This document shows positions 14,936 through 26,002 of a stretch of 64,000 bases of DNA, piece by piece. Positions within the stretch are counted from its first letter, which is position 1. Each line of letters starts with the position of its first letter. Below the pieces are notes generated by a model. That model was not told the origin of the DNA. It made no database searches and worked only from the letters and a program-made list of their open reading frames with translations. The stretch is from positions 23,810,001 through 23,874,000 of the forward strand of contig CM052816.1 of assembly GCA_028534125.1 (NCBI GenBank), given 5' to 3'. This stretch comes from Lama glama. Its lineage: Eukaryota. The translations under genes were made by a program, and so were the position numbers.

Positions 14936-16414
14936 CAGCCAGAGCTGTTGAACAAACAGCTGTGCGACCCAGGAGCACACACCCCAGCCCCCAGACTGCA
15001 TCTACAGGGGGAAAGTCATGGAGACGGCAGCAGCAACAGGAGAAACGTTCTCTCTTTGCTCATCACATCATGGGGTAGTGCCCTGCCGTCCAGCAAGGCC
15101 AGAATTAGATCTGTTTTAGTGATCCTTGCACTGGCTGTGGAGTTTGCGTACGCTGGAAAAAGCATTGTCTCTTTCCTCCGGTATGATAAAGGCTGAAAAA
15201 ATATGAAACCTTGACCTCCAGCCCAGTTTCTTCACTTCACCCTTCATGAACAGGGGAATCTCCCCTTTGTGTCATCAGGGTTCAGGGATCCCAGTTTTAT
15301 GATTATGGATACATGACCTGACATTCACTGGCTGCAGCCCAGATCCACCCCTGGGTACCCTACCTGGTTTGACCAATTTAAGCATTCAGATGTAGCCGGT
15401 TTCCATGGAGCCTTTGGGGAGGTTAGGCCAAAAGGACTAATTCTTGAAAAACCTAACCTTTCTTTCTAAAGTATGTTTTACTGCTCTCATTGCTGATGTA
15501 TTAGATATTCAGTCGGGGCAGGGGGTGTTGCTATGCTTTCTGTTTATTAAAGTGAAAATTTATTCTGCACCACTGTGCTAAAATAATCCATTCTCTGTGA
15601 GTTGAGAATTAAACTGCAGTTCAAGGAGAACACGAGTAGGGATTAGAGGAACTGAGCTAACTCTGTCTTTATTCATGGAGGGGAGTCAAAAGCAGAGGCC
15701 TAAAGGAATTAACTGTGAAAAAGGAAGAGATCGGCGTGGTCATTACAATGAAGCTGATTATAATTTGCCTTTGGCAAAAATACTTAAATATTATTTAAAA
15801 AGGTATATGTAGTAGTCACACTGTGAAGAAAGGCGTTCTTAAATCCTCTTTAAAAAGCTGGTAAAATCCTGGTTATCAACTGCAAATGACCTGCGTGGCC
15901 AAGTAAAATCAGAACTGATGTAAACGTCAGAACAGCCTGCTTCTCTGCAAATAGGTGGGTTAGGACTTTTAAAGTAGGAAACAGGTTAGTCTCTCTCTAC
16001 TTTATGGTGATTGTATTTGTTTATTTCAGGTTTTCCTCTCTCTGCACACTCATATACACACACCTGTATGCATGTATCTAGACCTGTGTCTAGTGCCCTT
16101 TCTCTCAGGTGCACAGAATTGTGTTGATCACAGTATTGCTTCATGGCATAATCGTATTATTCCATCTGCACTCCACTTTTTTGTTGTTCTTTGGTTTCCT
16201 ATCTTAGCTTATAATTTCAGGGGCTTCCACTTGGCCTTTCCCACTGAGAGCTCTTGCCCTACAGACCAAGCACTGTGTTAGTTAAGCCAGTAGGTATGTT
16301 CAGACTAATTATGCATTTGGGGTCTTGAGGGGACGATGCCACCTCTAGGTGTCAGTATCATCTCAGACTCTGTGTCCAGGACCTGTCAGTGTTTGGGTGC
16401 CATAGCCTGTATGT

Positions 16415-16485
16415 GTATGCACATCTTCTTTATGCATTCATCTGTTGATGGACACTTGGGTTGCTTCCGTATCTTGGCTACTGAA
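16415..16485 (-). mobile_element. Short L1 fragment
   Basis: acatcttctttatgcattcatctgttgatggacacttgggttgcttccgtatcttggctactg matches the antisense L1 ORF2 end. Confidence 0.75.
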
Positions 16486-17789
16486 GCATTATCTCCTCAT
16501 CTTAAGCACAGCATTGTCCTGGCGACAGCCTTTAGTGTTCAATCTCATTTTTAAGGCGTATTAGTAAGACAGTTGGAGCCTTTAACAACCTAATTCCTTG
16601 AGAATAGGGTTAATTCTGGGCAATGCCAGCACACTGGCAAAGATCACTGAAGTTCATCTTCCTAAGCTAACCCGATCTTAGTTCCCAGTCCCCATACCCT
16701 CCCAGTTCCCCATACCCTCTACCCTAAAAGCAAAGGTATGAATTTTTAACACAGGGATAATAGTGGAAACTTTTTTTAGTGGAGATACTAGCTTTGAGAA
16801 TCAAAGCCAGTCTTAACTTGCCATGGTTTCCTCTGTGTGCTAAGCAAATATGACATCCAGCAGGACTGCTGTGATTCCATCTCTCTCCTCTCTGTATATA
16901 TAAGATAGACAATGACCTATAATCAAGAAAATTGATAGTAAAAGATATTTGCACTAAGGACTCTGCTTTTCATGATGCATTTACATTGGGAGGCAGAGCA
17001 TTGAGTAGCTTAAAACTTCAGAGCATATGCATTAAGAGTTAAAATCTAAAATGGAAATCTGAAGCCTTAGTGCTTTGATAAACCATTTGCGAAGAGCATA
17101 CTGACCAGGTGCCAGGTTAGCATTGGGGTTTTGAGGTTTGACTTTTAGAAGCCCCCATCTGTCTCATGAATGGAAACGTCACATCCAAGAAAGTGAGACC
17201 AGTGGGGAAGGATGGTAAGAAGGCCAGATGGACAGCCAAACAGCAGCCTGGAGCTGACATTTGAGGCAAAATTAGCACATATCACTTCTCGGCATATTTA
17301 TCAGAAGTTGCCAATCTAAACTCTTTTAGTTTTTCCCCCACAACTTCCACCATTGAAACTCATGCATTAAGTAATTTGGGCACTACCCTGACAGTCTAGT
17401 CAACTCACGGCAATATTTCATAGGGAGTTACCGAAATGACATCACTCCCTTAATTTCAATCTAAACAAAATGGTTTACATGGAAAGTTGCACACAGCTTT
17501 CTATGAAAGCCTGGAGGAGAAAGAGTCCTTTATTTGAGGCACAGGGGGAAACGTCATCATTACGAACATGAAGTCTGTGAAAAATACATATTCCAAAAGA
17601 AAATCATATAACAAAATGTACTCTTTAGCATGTGATCTAAGTTTTGAGTCAAAATTAGGAATATTCAGATCACATTTTAACTTTCTTTTATAACAAATTT
17701 TTTAAAGTTTTTTATTAAAATAAAAAAGAGGAATAATGTAGAAATGAATGACAAGTTTAAGTTTAATTCAGAAAAGAAATGTGAAAAGA

Positions 17790-17985
17790 GAAGAGAGCAT
17801 GGTGGCCAGTAGAGGGGCCAAGATTTGAGGCCCAGACGTCAGGGTCCGTGCCCAGCTGCGGCATGTGGGAACTGTGTAATCTCGAGCAAATTTGGGTCTT
17901 CATCTTTACGATAGAGACAATGGTCTTTTCTGCATAAGGTTTTTATGAGTATTATATAAGATAAAGAAAGTGTTTGGCACTTTTT
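17790..17985 (+). mobile_element. MIR SINE (decayed)
   Basis: gcatggtggccagtaga...gaggcccagacgtcagggtccgtgcccagctgc...ctgtgtaatctcgagcaaat...cttcatctttac. Confidence 0.6.
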
Positions 17986-20242
17986 AGGTCTTTGTTAAAG
18001 AAGGCAGGGATATGTAGCGTAGAAAATTTAATTATAAAAGATTCAATAAACCATGTGGCTTGAGATCTTAAAAAATAATTGTAAAAGAATTCTAACATTT
18101 GGATTATGACTTGTAGTACAGTGTCCTGTAAATAATTTTAATCTTAAACAAAACAAAAATAGACCTACTAGAGCATATACTTGCCTGCTCTGATGAAAGT
18201 ATTAACAAACATTGAAATGGACTCAAATCCATCATCATGATGAACAAACATGGAACTAGAGATTTATCCATTAAATCCTGACTAGTCTCAGCCTGTTTTT
18301 ACTCCCCCAGCCCCAGTTTCATCCAAATTACAGAAATGGACATTTGAGACCCAGAGGACTTGATTTATTTAGCATAACACAGTGGTCAGGAAATTGCATT
18401 TTAGTGGCTTCAGGGAAATTTTCCCAAATGGTGGGAACCAGTGTTGCTTCCCCAGTGTCGTTGTATATTTAAATTCCTTTTAAAAATATGAAAAGTATAT
18501 GGTAAAGTAATTTGCATGATTCTTGCAGTTCAGTTTCTGCTGAAGATCACTGGAAAAATTGAGCCTCCGAGACACCTTTCTGAGAGACACAAAATTAGTT
18601 TTGTGTGTTAGTGATAGAAAAACTATTCTACCCTGGAATGAAAGGATTTGAACGTTTTGAACTTTGACATTAGAAAAAAAAAGTTATAAACTATAATCCC
18701 TTATTTCCTCATTTTACTTACTAAATCATTGCTGTTTCACAGTGGAAATGGAAAAGCAATAATGCAGACCAAAATAAAGAAAATGCTAGCTTTATAATGT
18801 TCTCGATCTTTAACCTCTGCTGAAAAGAGAGAGAGAGAAAGAAAAGCTACCTCACAAATTACCATGGCTCAGTGCCTGAAGGAAATTAGTCTGCTCTAAA
18901 GAAATATCCTGCTATAGCCAGGTAAAAATTAACAAAATTTGAAATATAATACCTTGATCGAGGACTGCGTGTCTAGCAAGTGTTGTCAGTTACCTACTGA
19001 CCGTGGATATACTTCATTCACTGCCTCAGCATGGAAAATGTATAAAGACTGGTGACAGTTTTTATGGGCTGCTAATTTATTTTCGACATTTCCAGTAAAT
19101 AAAGATATAAATAAACAAAGCTGTGATCATGCTTGAGCTGTTTATCTTAGTCCCGAGTTAAGAGTCTCTTCTTTTTCTTGGTGTAATTCTTTCACATTTC
19201 AGTGTAAAGTGTTTCTCATCTATACTCTGCCTTTGCTAGATTTGAGTACAGTTACTTACATTTAAGGATAACGTGAGTGATTTTGAAAATTTTAACTATA
19301 GTCACCTGCTATATTGGTCAAAGGGTCAAGTAAATTGTTCTTCCAAGTACCTGTTGCTTTACTTACTTCCAGAGGACTATTTTAAGCAGCCCTCATTTCA
19401 AAGAATCAGAACTTAAAATAAACAAATAAATTTAGTCATAGTATGAGCAAGTTTCTTTCAATGCCACCCTATGTATATTAGAGGAGTTGCTCTGTTTTGT
19501 GTGTAAGCTTTGGTTTTCCTGATGGGCTGTGGCTTCATACTTCACAGGTTAACATGTCTTTTCCAGTTTAACTATGAAAACTCTCTGAGGTATATTTTTA
19601 CCCCAGCCCAGTAGCAGCCACATAGGGCAAGTTTGTATGATGAAGCATGGCTGAATTCTGGTGAGTGGCAGAAGATGATTTGGGCAGTGTTTACCAGCAG
19701 CTGTATGCCATCATACTAAATTTAGTACGGCTTTATTTAACAAGCTATAGCTGATGCTAATCTGAAGCATAAACATATTTTTCAGCTATAGGTTTCAACT
19801 TCCAAATTCTTGGAACTGCTACCAGGAGTATGTGACTATTAATCAGAATTTCCCTCCTCCCATTTGTGATGGAATACCATAATAGTTCTATCACATAAAA
19901 GTAAACAGCTTTTCATTTTGTTCTCTGCATTAAGGATCACAGTGAAGACTTCTTATCCAGTAAAATCAGTATTATTTGCTAGTTAATAAAAAATGAAGAG
20001 AGGATTATAAAAGTCATATGTCCTTCATTAAAACTTTATGTTGACCTTCATTTTCCAATCTTCTGTTCCACAGAGTGGGGCTTCTTTTTGAGAGTGGTTT
20101 CCCAAATGACCTTATGAACGCTCTCATATTGTCGCATAAACCTCACCCAAATGCTTATGATTCCCAGTTTCATTTCTTTAGATTAATGCAACAGTCCTTC
20201 AAAACACTCCTGAGGCATTGTGAGTGCAGAATCCGTCTAGAT

Positions 20243-20448
20243 CAGCGGTCGACAGACTCTTTTTCTGTAAAGGGCGGATAATCAACATCTTTGGAGGTGG
20301 AAGTCCCTTTTTGTTGGAGACAGGCTGCTCTTCCGCCCTAGGGCAGGAGCAGCATGGACATTCAACACCCAAATGAACGAACGTGGCTGTGTTCTCATAA
20401 AATGCTACTTACAAAAGCAGGCAATAAGCTGCACTCGGCCAACCCCTG
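20243..20448. mobile_element. MER58A-like hAT-Charlie MITE
   Basis: Termini CAGCGGTCGAC... and ...GCCAACCCCTG; internal tttttctgtaaaggg and gtggctgtgttctcataaaa; imperfect 8-bp TSD gtctagat/ttctcgat matching the NTCTAGAN target. Confidence 0.8.
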
Positions 20449-20694
20449 TTCTCGATGATCACTATTATCACTATTCTTGCTCTATTTCAGATTGTCGACC
20501 CTCTACCTAATTCTGCAGCTGTTTTCTTAGTGACTGGCTAGATGATTTTAGGTGGGTGGGGTCATGGACAAATTTTATTTTAATAGTTATAATCTATTAA
20601 ACTGTCTCAAGGGAAGAAGCATAACTAGTACGTTAAAACTGTGTGTTTACAGATGTTATTTCTGAAAGTATTATTGATTAGAATAAAGTTCATA

Positions 20695-21010
20695 TAATTT
20701 TTTTGTAAAGACTTTTTAAGAGCAATTTTAAGCTCATAGCAAGATTGTGAAGAAGGTACACAGATTTCCCATATACTTCTTGACCCCACACGTGCACAGC
20801 CTCCCCTGTTATCAGTGTCCCCCACCAGAGTGGTACGTTTGTTACAACTGATGAACCTCGATCAATTCATCGTAATCACCCGAAGTCTGTAGTTTACCTA
20901 AGGGTTCACTCTAGTGTTGCACAGTTCATGGATGTGGACAAATGAAAATTGACATGTATCCATCAGTATAGTACCATACAGACTATTTTCAGTGCCCTAA
21001 AAATCCTCCC
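20695..21010 (-). mobile_element. L1 3' UTR fragment (L1MC-like)
   Basis: aaggtacacagatttcccatatac...cacagcctcccctgttatcag...ccaccagagtggtacgtttgttacaactgatgaacc. Confidence 0.85.
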
Positions 21011-22309
21011 ATTCAAATTTTTAAAGTGAGTATGCACATAGAAATATCCTAAGTGGAAAGCAGTGTAGGGGATTCAAGGATACAGCCATTGGTATAGAGA
21101 TGTGATTCATGAATGACTAGAATTTGAGAAGTGACATAGTAAGATTTATTATCATTGTTAACATTGATGGTTGCTATCATTAGAAAGCGTTTTACCTTCT
21201 AGAAATGTTTTGCAAACTAGAACTCAGAGTCACCATTATGTTTGCCAGAGACTTCCAAACGGAAAGGAATGCCCTGCTAATGAGATCATAATAAATTGAG
21301 CTCTGTTATCTTTCTTTCCAGGTCTGCCTTTCTTATCTCCAGTTATCACCTCCTCTTCTTTCCACCCTTCCCTGTAGTACTGCTCTTTTTCTGCTCTTCT
21401 CTACTGTTACCTAGACTGTAATCAGAAACCTGGCCATTCCTGAAATTTAGAAGGAAAATTTTTCAGTATCATTCACGTCATTCCAGGTTTTTCCACTCTT
21501 AAGCATCTGCCTATGTCTAGCCTATGAATCAATGCAGCACTCAGAAAGAAGGGACGTATTATGCCATTACAGTCAATATTTTATGTTTAAAATGTAATTT
21601 TTCAAACAAAAATATAAGTAGACTTTTTCTAAAACTACAGCTACATGCTTATACATAAGTACGTTCTGTTTTAACATGAAGGCATTTAAGAAGGTGCTTT
21701 CAGTCATACTGGGAAAATTATCAGAGGTTGCTCTCTTGTTTTATTGGGTTCTAAGCACCACAGATTTGAAGCCCTTGAAGATATTTTGTAATAGAAAACA
21801 TCTGAAGCTTGCTAAAAAAATTCTCATTCAGTAAAACCATGTTGTGAATATTTAGTTGTAGGCTTAGAAAATTAACAAACTCATAGAATACAGCTCTTCA
21901 CAAATTAGATTATCGTAATTTTCCTCCCACATGGACTATTTTTCCTTAATTTACCATGATAAAAAATATTTGTAATAATTAAGAAAAACAGGAAGTATAG
22001 CATTCTGGCATTTACTTGAAACTTCATTTTACATTTAAAAATATTTCTTGTATGTTTATTTTCCCTGTAGCTTTAAGATGGAAGAATGTTTATTTTTTTC
22101 CCACAAAGTATAATGTTGCATTTCATTTAAATCCTGAACACTACTGTGGACACCCTATTTGTAGTGACTAGTTCATTATTAGTATTTCTGTCTAGAATCA
22201 AGAAAGTATGTGGATCTCATGAATAAAATATGTTCTAGAATAAGCTCCTCTTTAAGAAGGTAGTTAAAATTTCACTGTGTTTTTCTCTTAGGAGTATTGC
22301 TATGTTATG

Positions 22310-22858
22310 TGTAACTACTGTCTTTACCATTTGCACAACTTGTGAGCAGTAGGAGTGAGGTGAGGGAGAAAAGGAAGGGGAGGATTGTTCCGCCGTCAAT
22401 GCTCCATCCCTCACCTCCAGGCTATGTGAAAGAGAGATTCCTTAAAGAGGCTGAAAAGAACAGTAATGAGGATCTTCTCTGGAAAGTGTTCCATGAGCTA
22501 GAGTGTGGGAGGAGGAACATAAGAAATGGAGCCCAATTTACATCTGCTTTCCAGGTTTAAAAGGCAAATGATACTGAGTTTCCCATCTCCCAGGTGAGGC
22601 TCCCACAGAAAGGAGACGGACTGAGTAGTCCTGAAAAGGGCACTTGGCACATAGCTTCCTGTATGGTGGGTGACCCCAGCTTGGGGATAAACTGTCAGAA
22701 ACAGAAACGTGGGGCTGATGAGAGGTTACAAGTGGTCAGATAGAGGAAGGGCCCCTGGGATCAATGGTGAGAAACGTGAGAGACTTCCACACTTTCCAAA
22801 AATATCAGTAAAAGTATTAAGCTTTGGAGCCACCATGCCCAGAAGGCACTGATGCCAG
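22310..22858 (+). mobile_element. Possible ancient Gypsy-type LTR (MamGypLTR-like), left part; right part about 26130-26533
   Basis: Starts TGTAAC; purine-rich body. The distal piece ends aataaaattgctttctgcttgcaccc...cccattact. Assignment from recalled consensus only. Confidence 0.35.
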
Positions 22859-23852
22859 AATCATTCAGTTAGAAAAAATATTTGAGTTCCTAACGCACTT
22901 CTAGACCCTGGGGATAGAGTAGTGAACAAAAAGTTACAAATCCTTTCCTTCATGCAGTGTACATTATAAAAACCAGGGACAAACAATAAACACACACACT
23001 GTGTGTGTCAGGTGTGAGAAGGCCATCAGAAAGTCAAAGCAGGGTGAGAATGAGGCTATGAAGGAGGTGAGGGGAAACCTCTGCTGTCTGCAGGGGGTGA
23101 GGAGGGGGCAGATTCCTGACAGGGACCAGCAGGTGCAGAGGCTCTGAAGCAAGGGTGTACCTGAGGGAGGAAGGATGTTAAAAAGCCCAGTGTGACTGGA
23201 GCCGAGTGGTAAGGAGGACACTAATAGGTGACAGATTTAGAGATGCAGTCTGAGGCCATGATGTGGGGCTTTGCAGGCTGGGATAAGTACTTTGGACTTT
23301 AGTTTGAGTTCTCAAAATGGGAGCTTTTGGAGGAGTGAAATATTCTGACCTCCAGTTTAAAAGATTTGCTCCGGCTGCTGGGTGGTAAAAAGATGATAAG
23401 GGAACAAATGTGAAAGCATCAAGACCAACTGAAAAATCTACTGCAATAATCTGAGACTTGATAGCTTGGATGAGGAGTTTACTGGTAAACGTGATGAGAA
23501 GTGGTTGAATTCTGGACGTATTTTGAATGTTGAACCAACAGAATTTGTTGACAATCACTTGTGAGGTAGGAGAAGAAAAGAATCGAGTAGTTCTAAGGGT
23601 TTGGGAATGGAGAGGAGGAGGCTGCTGTTAACGGAGATGGAGAACATCTATGGGTAGACTGTAGCTGGGGGAGGGAGGTAGTCCGAGCTCAGCCTTAGAC
23701 GATTAATTTGAGGCACCTGAGAGACATTCAGGAAGCCATTTATAGTTCCTCATGTGGGTTATATTCCAGGGCAATGTCGAGGCTGACAATACAAATTTGG
23801 GAGTCTTCAGCTTATAGCTAATATTTATAGCCATTAGTATAGATGAGATCAT

Positions 23853-24141
23853 TGTCAGCTGCGGGAGGCTGGAGAGGGATCCGAGGAGGTGAGCTGCCCA
23901 ACTGGAAGAAGGCGTGGGGAGCTGACAGAGAGCAAAGTAGCACTTTATTGCACTACAAGCCGGTGGCACGCGCCCTCAGGTGTAGCACTTGTCCTTTTAT
24001 TATGCCTGCGCATGCGTATTGTTCATAATGCTTACTCATGCTACTAGCGCTTGCGTACATTTACTTCTTACCTCATACACATGCAAGTTATTGTGAACTT
24101 TGACCTGGGTCCCGTGGCCTACTCACTTAAGACTGCCGACA
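23853..24141 (-). repeat. 3' LTR of the provirus (289 bp)
   Basis: Minus strand TGTCGGCAG...GCTGACA, with AATAAA at 23944-23949 and a purine-rich tract immediately upstream. Confidence 0.93.
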
Positions 24142-24152
24142 TTCTACCCACT
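24142..24152 (-). promoter_or_regulatory. Polypurine tract
   Basis: AGTGGGTAGAA immediately precedes the TGT start of the 3' LTR. Confidence 0.7.
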
Positions 24153-24240
24153 AGGTCGTGGGGACCCTGGCCCACAGAGTGGGGCCCTGTGCCCAAAGAC
24201 CACCACCACAACATAGTGAACAGCATCCTATCACTAAACA
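24151..24240 (-). pseudogene. Probable env C-terminal tail remnant
   Basis: Minus frame CLVIGCCSLCCGGGLWAQGPTLWARVPTT*, Cys-rich and ending just before the purine tract. Assigned by position and recalled resemblance to ERV-S env tails. Confidence 0.5.
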
Positions 24241-24902
24241 GGCAGCCATAATGTGAGGCTGCAGTGTACAGCCCAACTGTCCGTGCAAATCTGCAAGGGG
24301 CTGGGTTCATGCATTAACACCATCCATACCGCCTGTAACTCAGCCCATTGGCTGGAATGGCCTTCTCCTGTCTCATACCAGAAGGCTTCGGTGGCAGGGT
24401 GCAGTGCCACTGCAACCCAAGTGGGCAGACTGCCCTTGCAGTAACCATCCATATACCGAGCATCTCCCAGGAGTGGTCCCTTTCCCTTGTGAAGGGCACT
24501 GGGTGTGGAATCCACTCCCTGATGCGGGAGTGTCTGCAAAGCAGGCGCAACAAGTTTCACAGGCTCTAACACCTGCTGCAGCTCTGCAGCCAAGGGGCTG
24601 GTGGCGTATCGGGCCCGTTGTTCTAAGTAAGTACCCCACTTAGTCAGGGTTGGGGTCTGCACAGACCCCGATCAGGGTTGCTTTGCCCACATATGTATCC
24701 ATCCTGCAATGGGGTATATGGTCTGTACCTGTACTTCTTGGTTCCCTGTCAGGGGCTCAGTGGCTATCAAAGATGCACACATTGCTGACAACTGTTTCTC
24801 AATTAAAGAGTAACGATATTCAGCCCCTTTCCATAGCTGGGACCAGAACCCTATGAGCACCTGCCGTTGCCCATGCTCTTGCTGTAATCCCCGACCATAT
24901 CC
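24237..24902 (-). pseudogene. ERV pol fragment: RT connection domain plus most of RNase H
   Basis: One reading frame with a single stop (24672-24674): GYGRGLQQ...IGFWSQLWKGAEYRYSLIEKQL...KWGTYLEQRA...YMDG...SSQWAELQAV...ICTDSWAV. Three RNase H acidic motifs (DG, AEL, TDS) are visible. Confidence 0.92.
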
Positions 24903-25632
24903 CATACAGTGCATGCAGCAGCCATCAACCAGTTTATCAATGTATGGTTGCCAGCATTAGCATTAGGCTAGGGAATGTTTTGCAGCCATTGCCGCAATGA
25001 AGGGACGGTTGTTATACTGGCCAGCTAGCCCATCTCCTTTGGAGATAGCTCAGTCTGGTCGCCCCATCATCCCAAAGGCGTAAAAGCCATGCGGGGACTG
25101 ACTCACCCGTACGCTGTTTATACTGCTTTGCCAGGTCCCGCAATTCCATCGACGTATAAAACGTGTAGGTGGTTTGTCGAGTCGCTAGCCGTGGTCCCAC
25201 AGGAGCTCCCCCAGGGCCATGAGTTCCTCCAGTTCCACCTGCTGCTGCACCCCTGGTCGTAGACGCAGCGGAATTGGGGGTGGGAGGGGTGGCTGGGCTT
25301 ACCGTTCTTGAAGAAGTGGTGGAACTGGAGCCATGCAGGTGTCTTGCTGCCATACCAAGTCTCTGCTCGAGTTCCTCTTCCTTGCGCTGTAACTTCTCCA
25401 CTTGTGTCTGTAATTCTCTATTTTCTCGGCTCGCATGGCGTAAGACCGATAAACACATCCAGGCTGCCCTCCTGGCCACCTCCCAGTGGGCCTGTGCGAC
25501 ACTGTTTTCCAACAACTCCACAGCCTTCCAGACGTCATCTGGCTGGGGCGCCTCTGTGTCCCAGTTTTAGGTTGGGGCCCATGCCAGCAAGTAAGCCGTG
25601 ACCCAGTACCATAAGGAGGTAGGGGGCCACAT
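24903..25632 (-). pseudogene. Disrupted ERV gag 5' part
   Basis: ATG at 25632: MWPPTSLWYWVTAYLLAWAPT*NWDTEAP...ELQTQVEKLQRKEEELEQRL...TTYTFYTSMELRDLAKQYKQRTGESVPAWLLRLWDDGA, then a frameshift near 25060 to DQTELSPKEMG*LASITTVPSLRQWLQ...HTLINWLMAAACTVW. The QxxGExxxxWLLRLWDxG motif is typical of class III gag. Confidence 0.85.
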
Positions 25633-25688
25633 TGTTTCCATCCGAGCTTCCCCGTCAGAGGAAGGGAGAACAGGGGGGCACTCACCTC

Positions 25689-25710
25689 ATCCTGCCTGCT
25701 GACTGCGCCA
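25689..25710 (-). promoter_or_regulatory. Primer-binding site complementary to the tRNA-Ser 3' end
   Basis: Plus strand reads ATCCTG-CCTG-CTGACTGCGCCA. Removing the duplicated CCTG gives 16/18 identity to the recalled tRNA-Ser 3' end ATCCTGCCGACTACGCCA. Confidence 0.85.
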
Positions 25711-25712
25711 AG

Positions 25713-26002
25713 TATCAGCCGCGGGAGGCTGGAGAGGGGTCCCAGGAGGTGAGCTGCCCAACTAGAAGAAGGTGTGAGGAGCCGACATAGAGCAAAAGCG
25801 CACTTTACTGCAGTACAAGTGGGTGGCGCGTGCCCTCAGGTGTACGCAGTTGTCCTTGTATTATGCCTGCGCATGCGTATTGTTCATAATGCGGATGCAT
25901 GCTGCTAGCGCATGCGTACATTTACTTCTTACCTCATATACATGCAAATTATTGTGAACTTTGACCTGGGTCCCATGGCCTACTCACTTAAGACTGCCGA
26001 CA
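25713..26002 (-). repeat. 5' LTR of the provirus (290 bp)
   Basis: Minus strand starts TGTCGGCAG and ends ...GCTGATA (CA mutated to TA); PBS follows after 2 nt. About 90% identical to the other LTR by hand count (about 29 substitutions plus 1 indel). Confidence 0.93.

Larger units (their letters stand above)
23853..26002 (-). mobile_element. Internally deleted endogenous retrovirus, class III (HERV-S/ERV18-like), antisense to FBN2
   Basis: Two direct repeats (23853-24141 and 25713-26002) with TG...CA outer ends, exact 5-bp TSD ATCAT (23848-23852 and 26003-26007), tRNA-Ser-like PBS, gag and RNase H remnants on the minus strand, purine-rich tract next to the 3' LTR. Confidence 0.93.

Noticed and set aside
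16684..16719. Short tandem duplications (also about 8319-8342, 14222-14241, 29904-29923, 31179-31199)
   Set aside because: Two-copy slippage duplications of 9-18 bp, common in introns; no array or spacer structure.
24234..24662. 142-aa ORF as a functional RNase H
   Set aside because: Non-ATG start just after an in-frame stop, and the domain is cut before its last catalytic Asp.
25012..25521. 169-aa ORF as a domesticated gag (Fv1-like) gene
   Set aside because: It starts at GTG, the real ATG (25632) is separated from it by a TAA, and a frameshift and further stops follow. No sign of preserved coding capacity.
25689..25710. tRNA gene
   Set aside because: Only about 18 nt match a tRNA 3' end, including CCA, and it abuts an LTR. 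It is a PBS.
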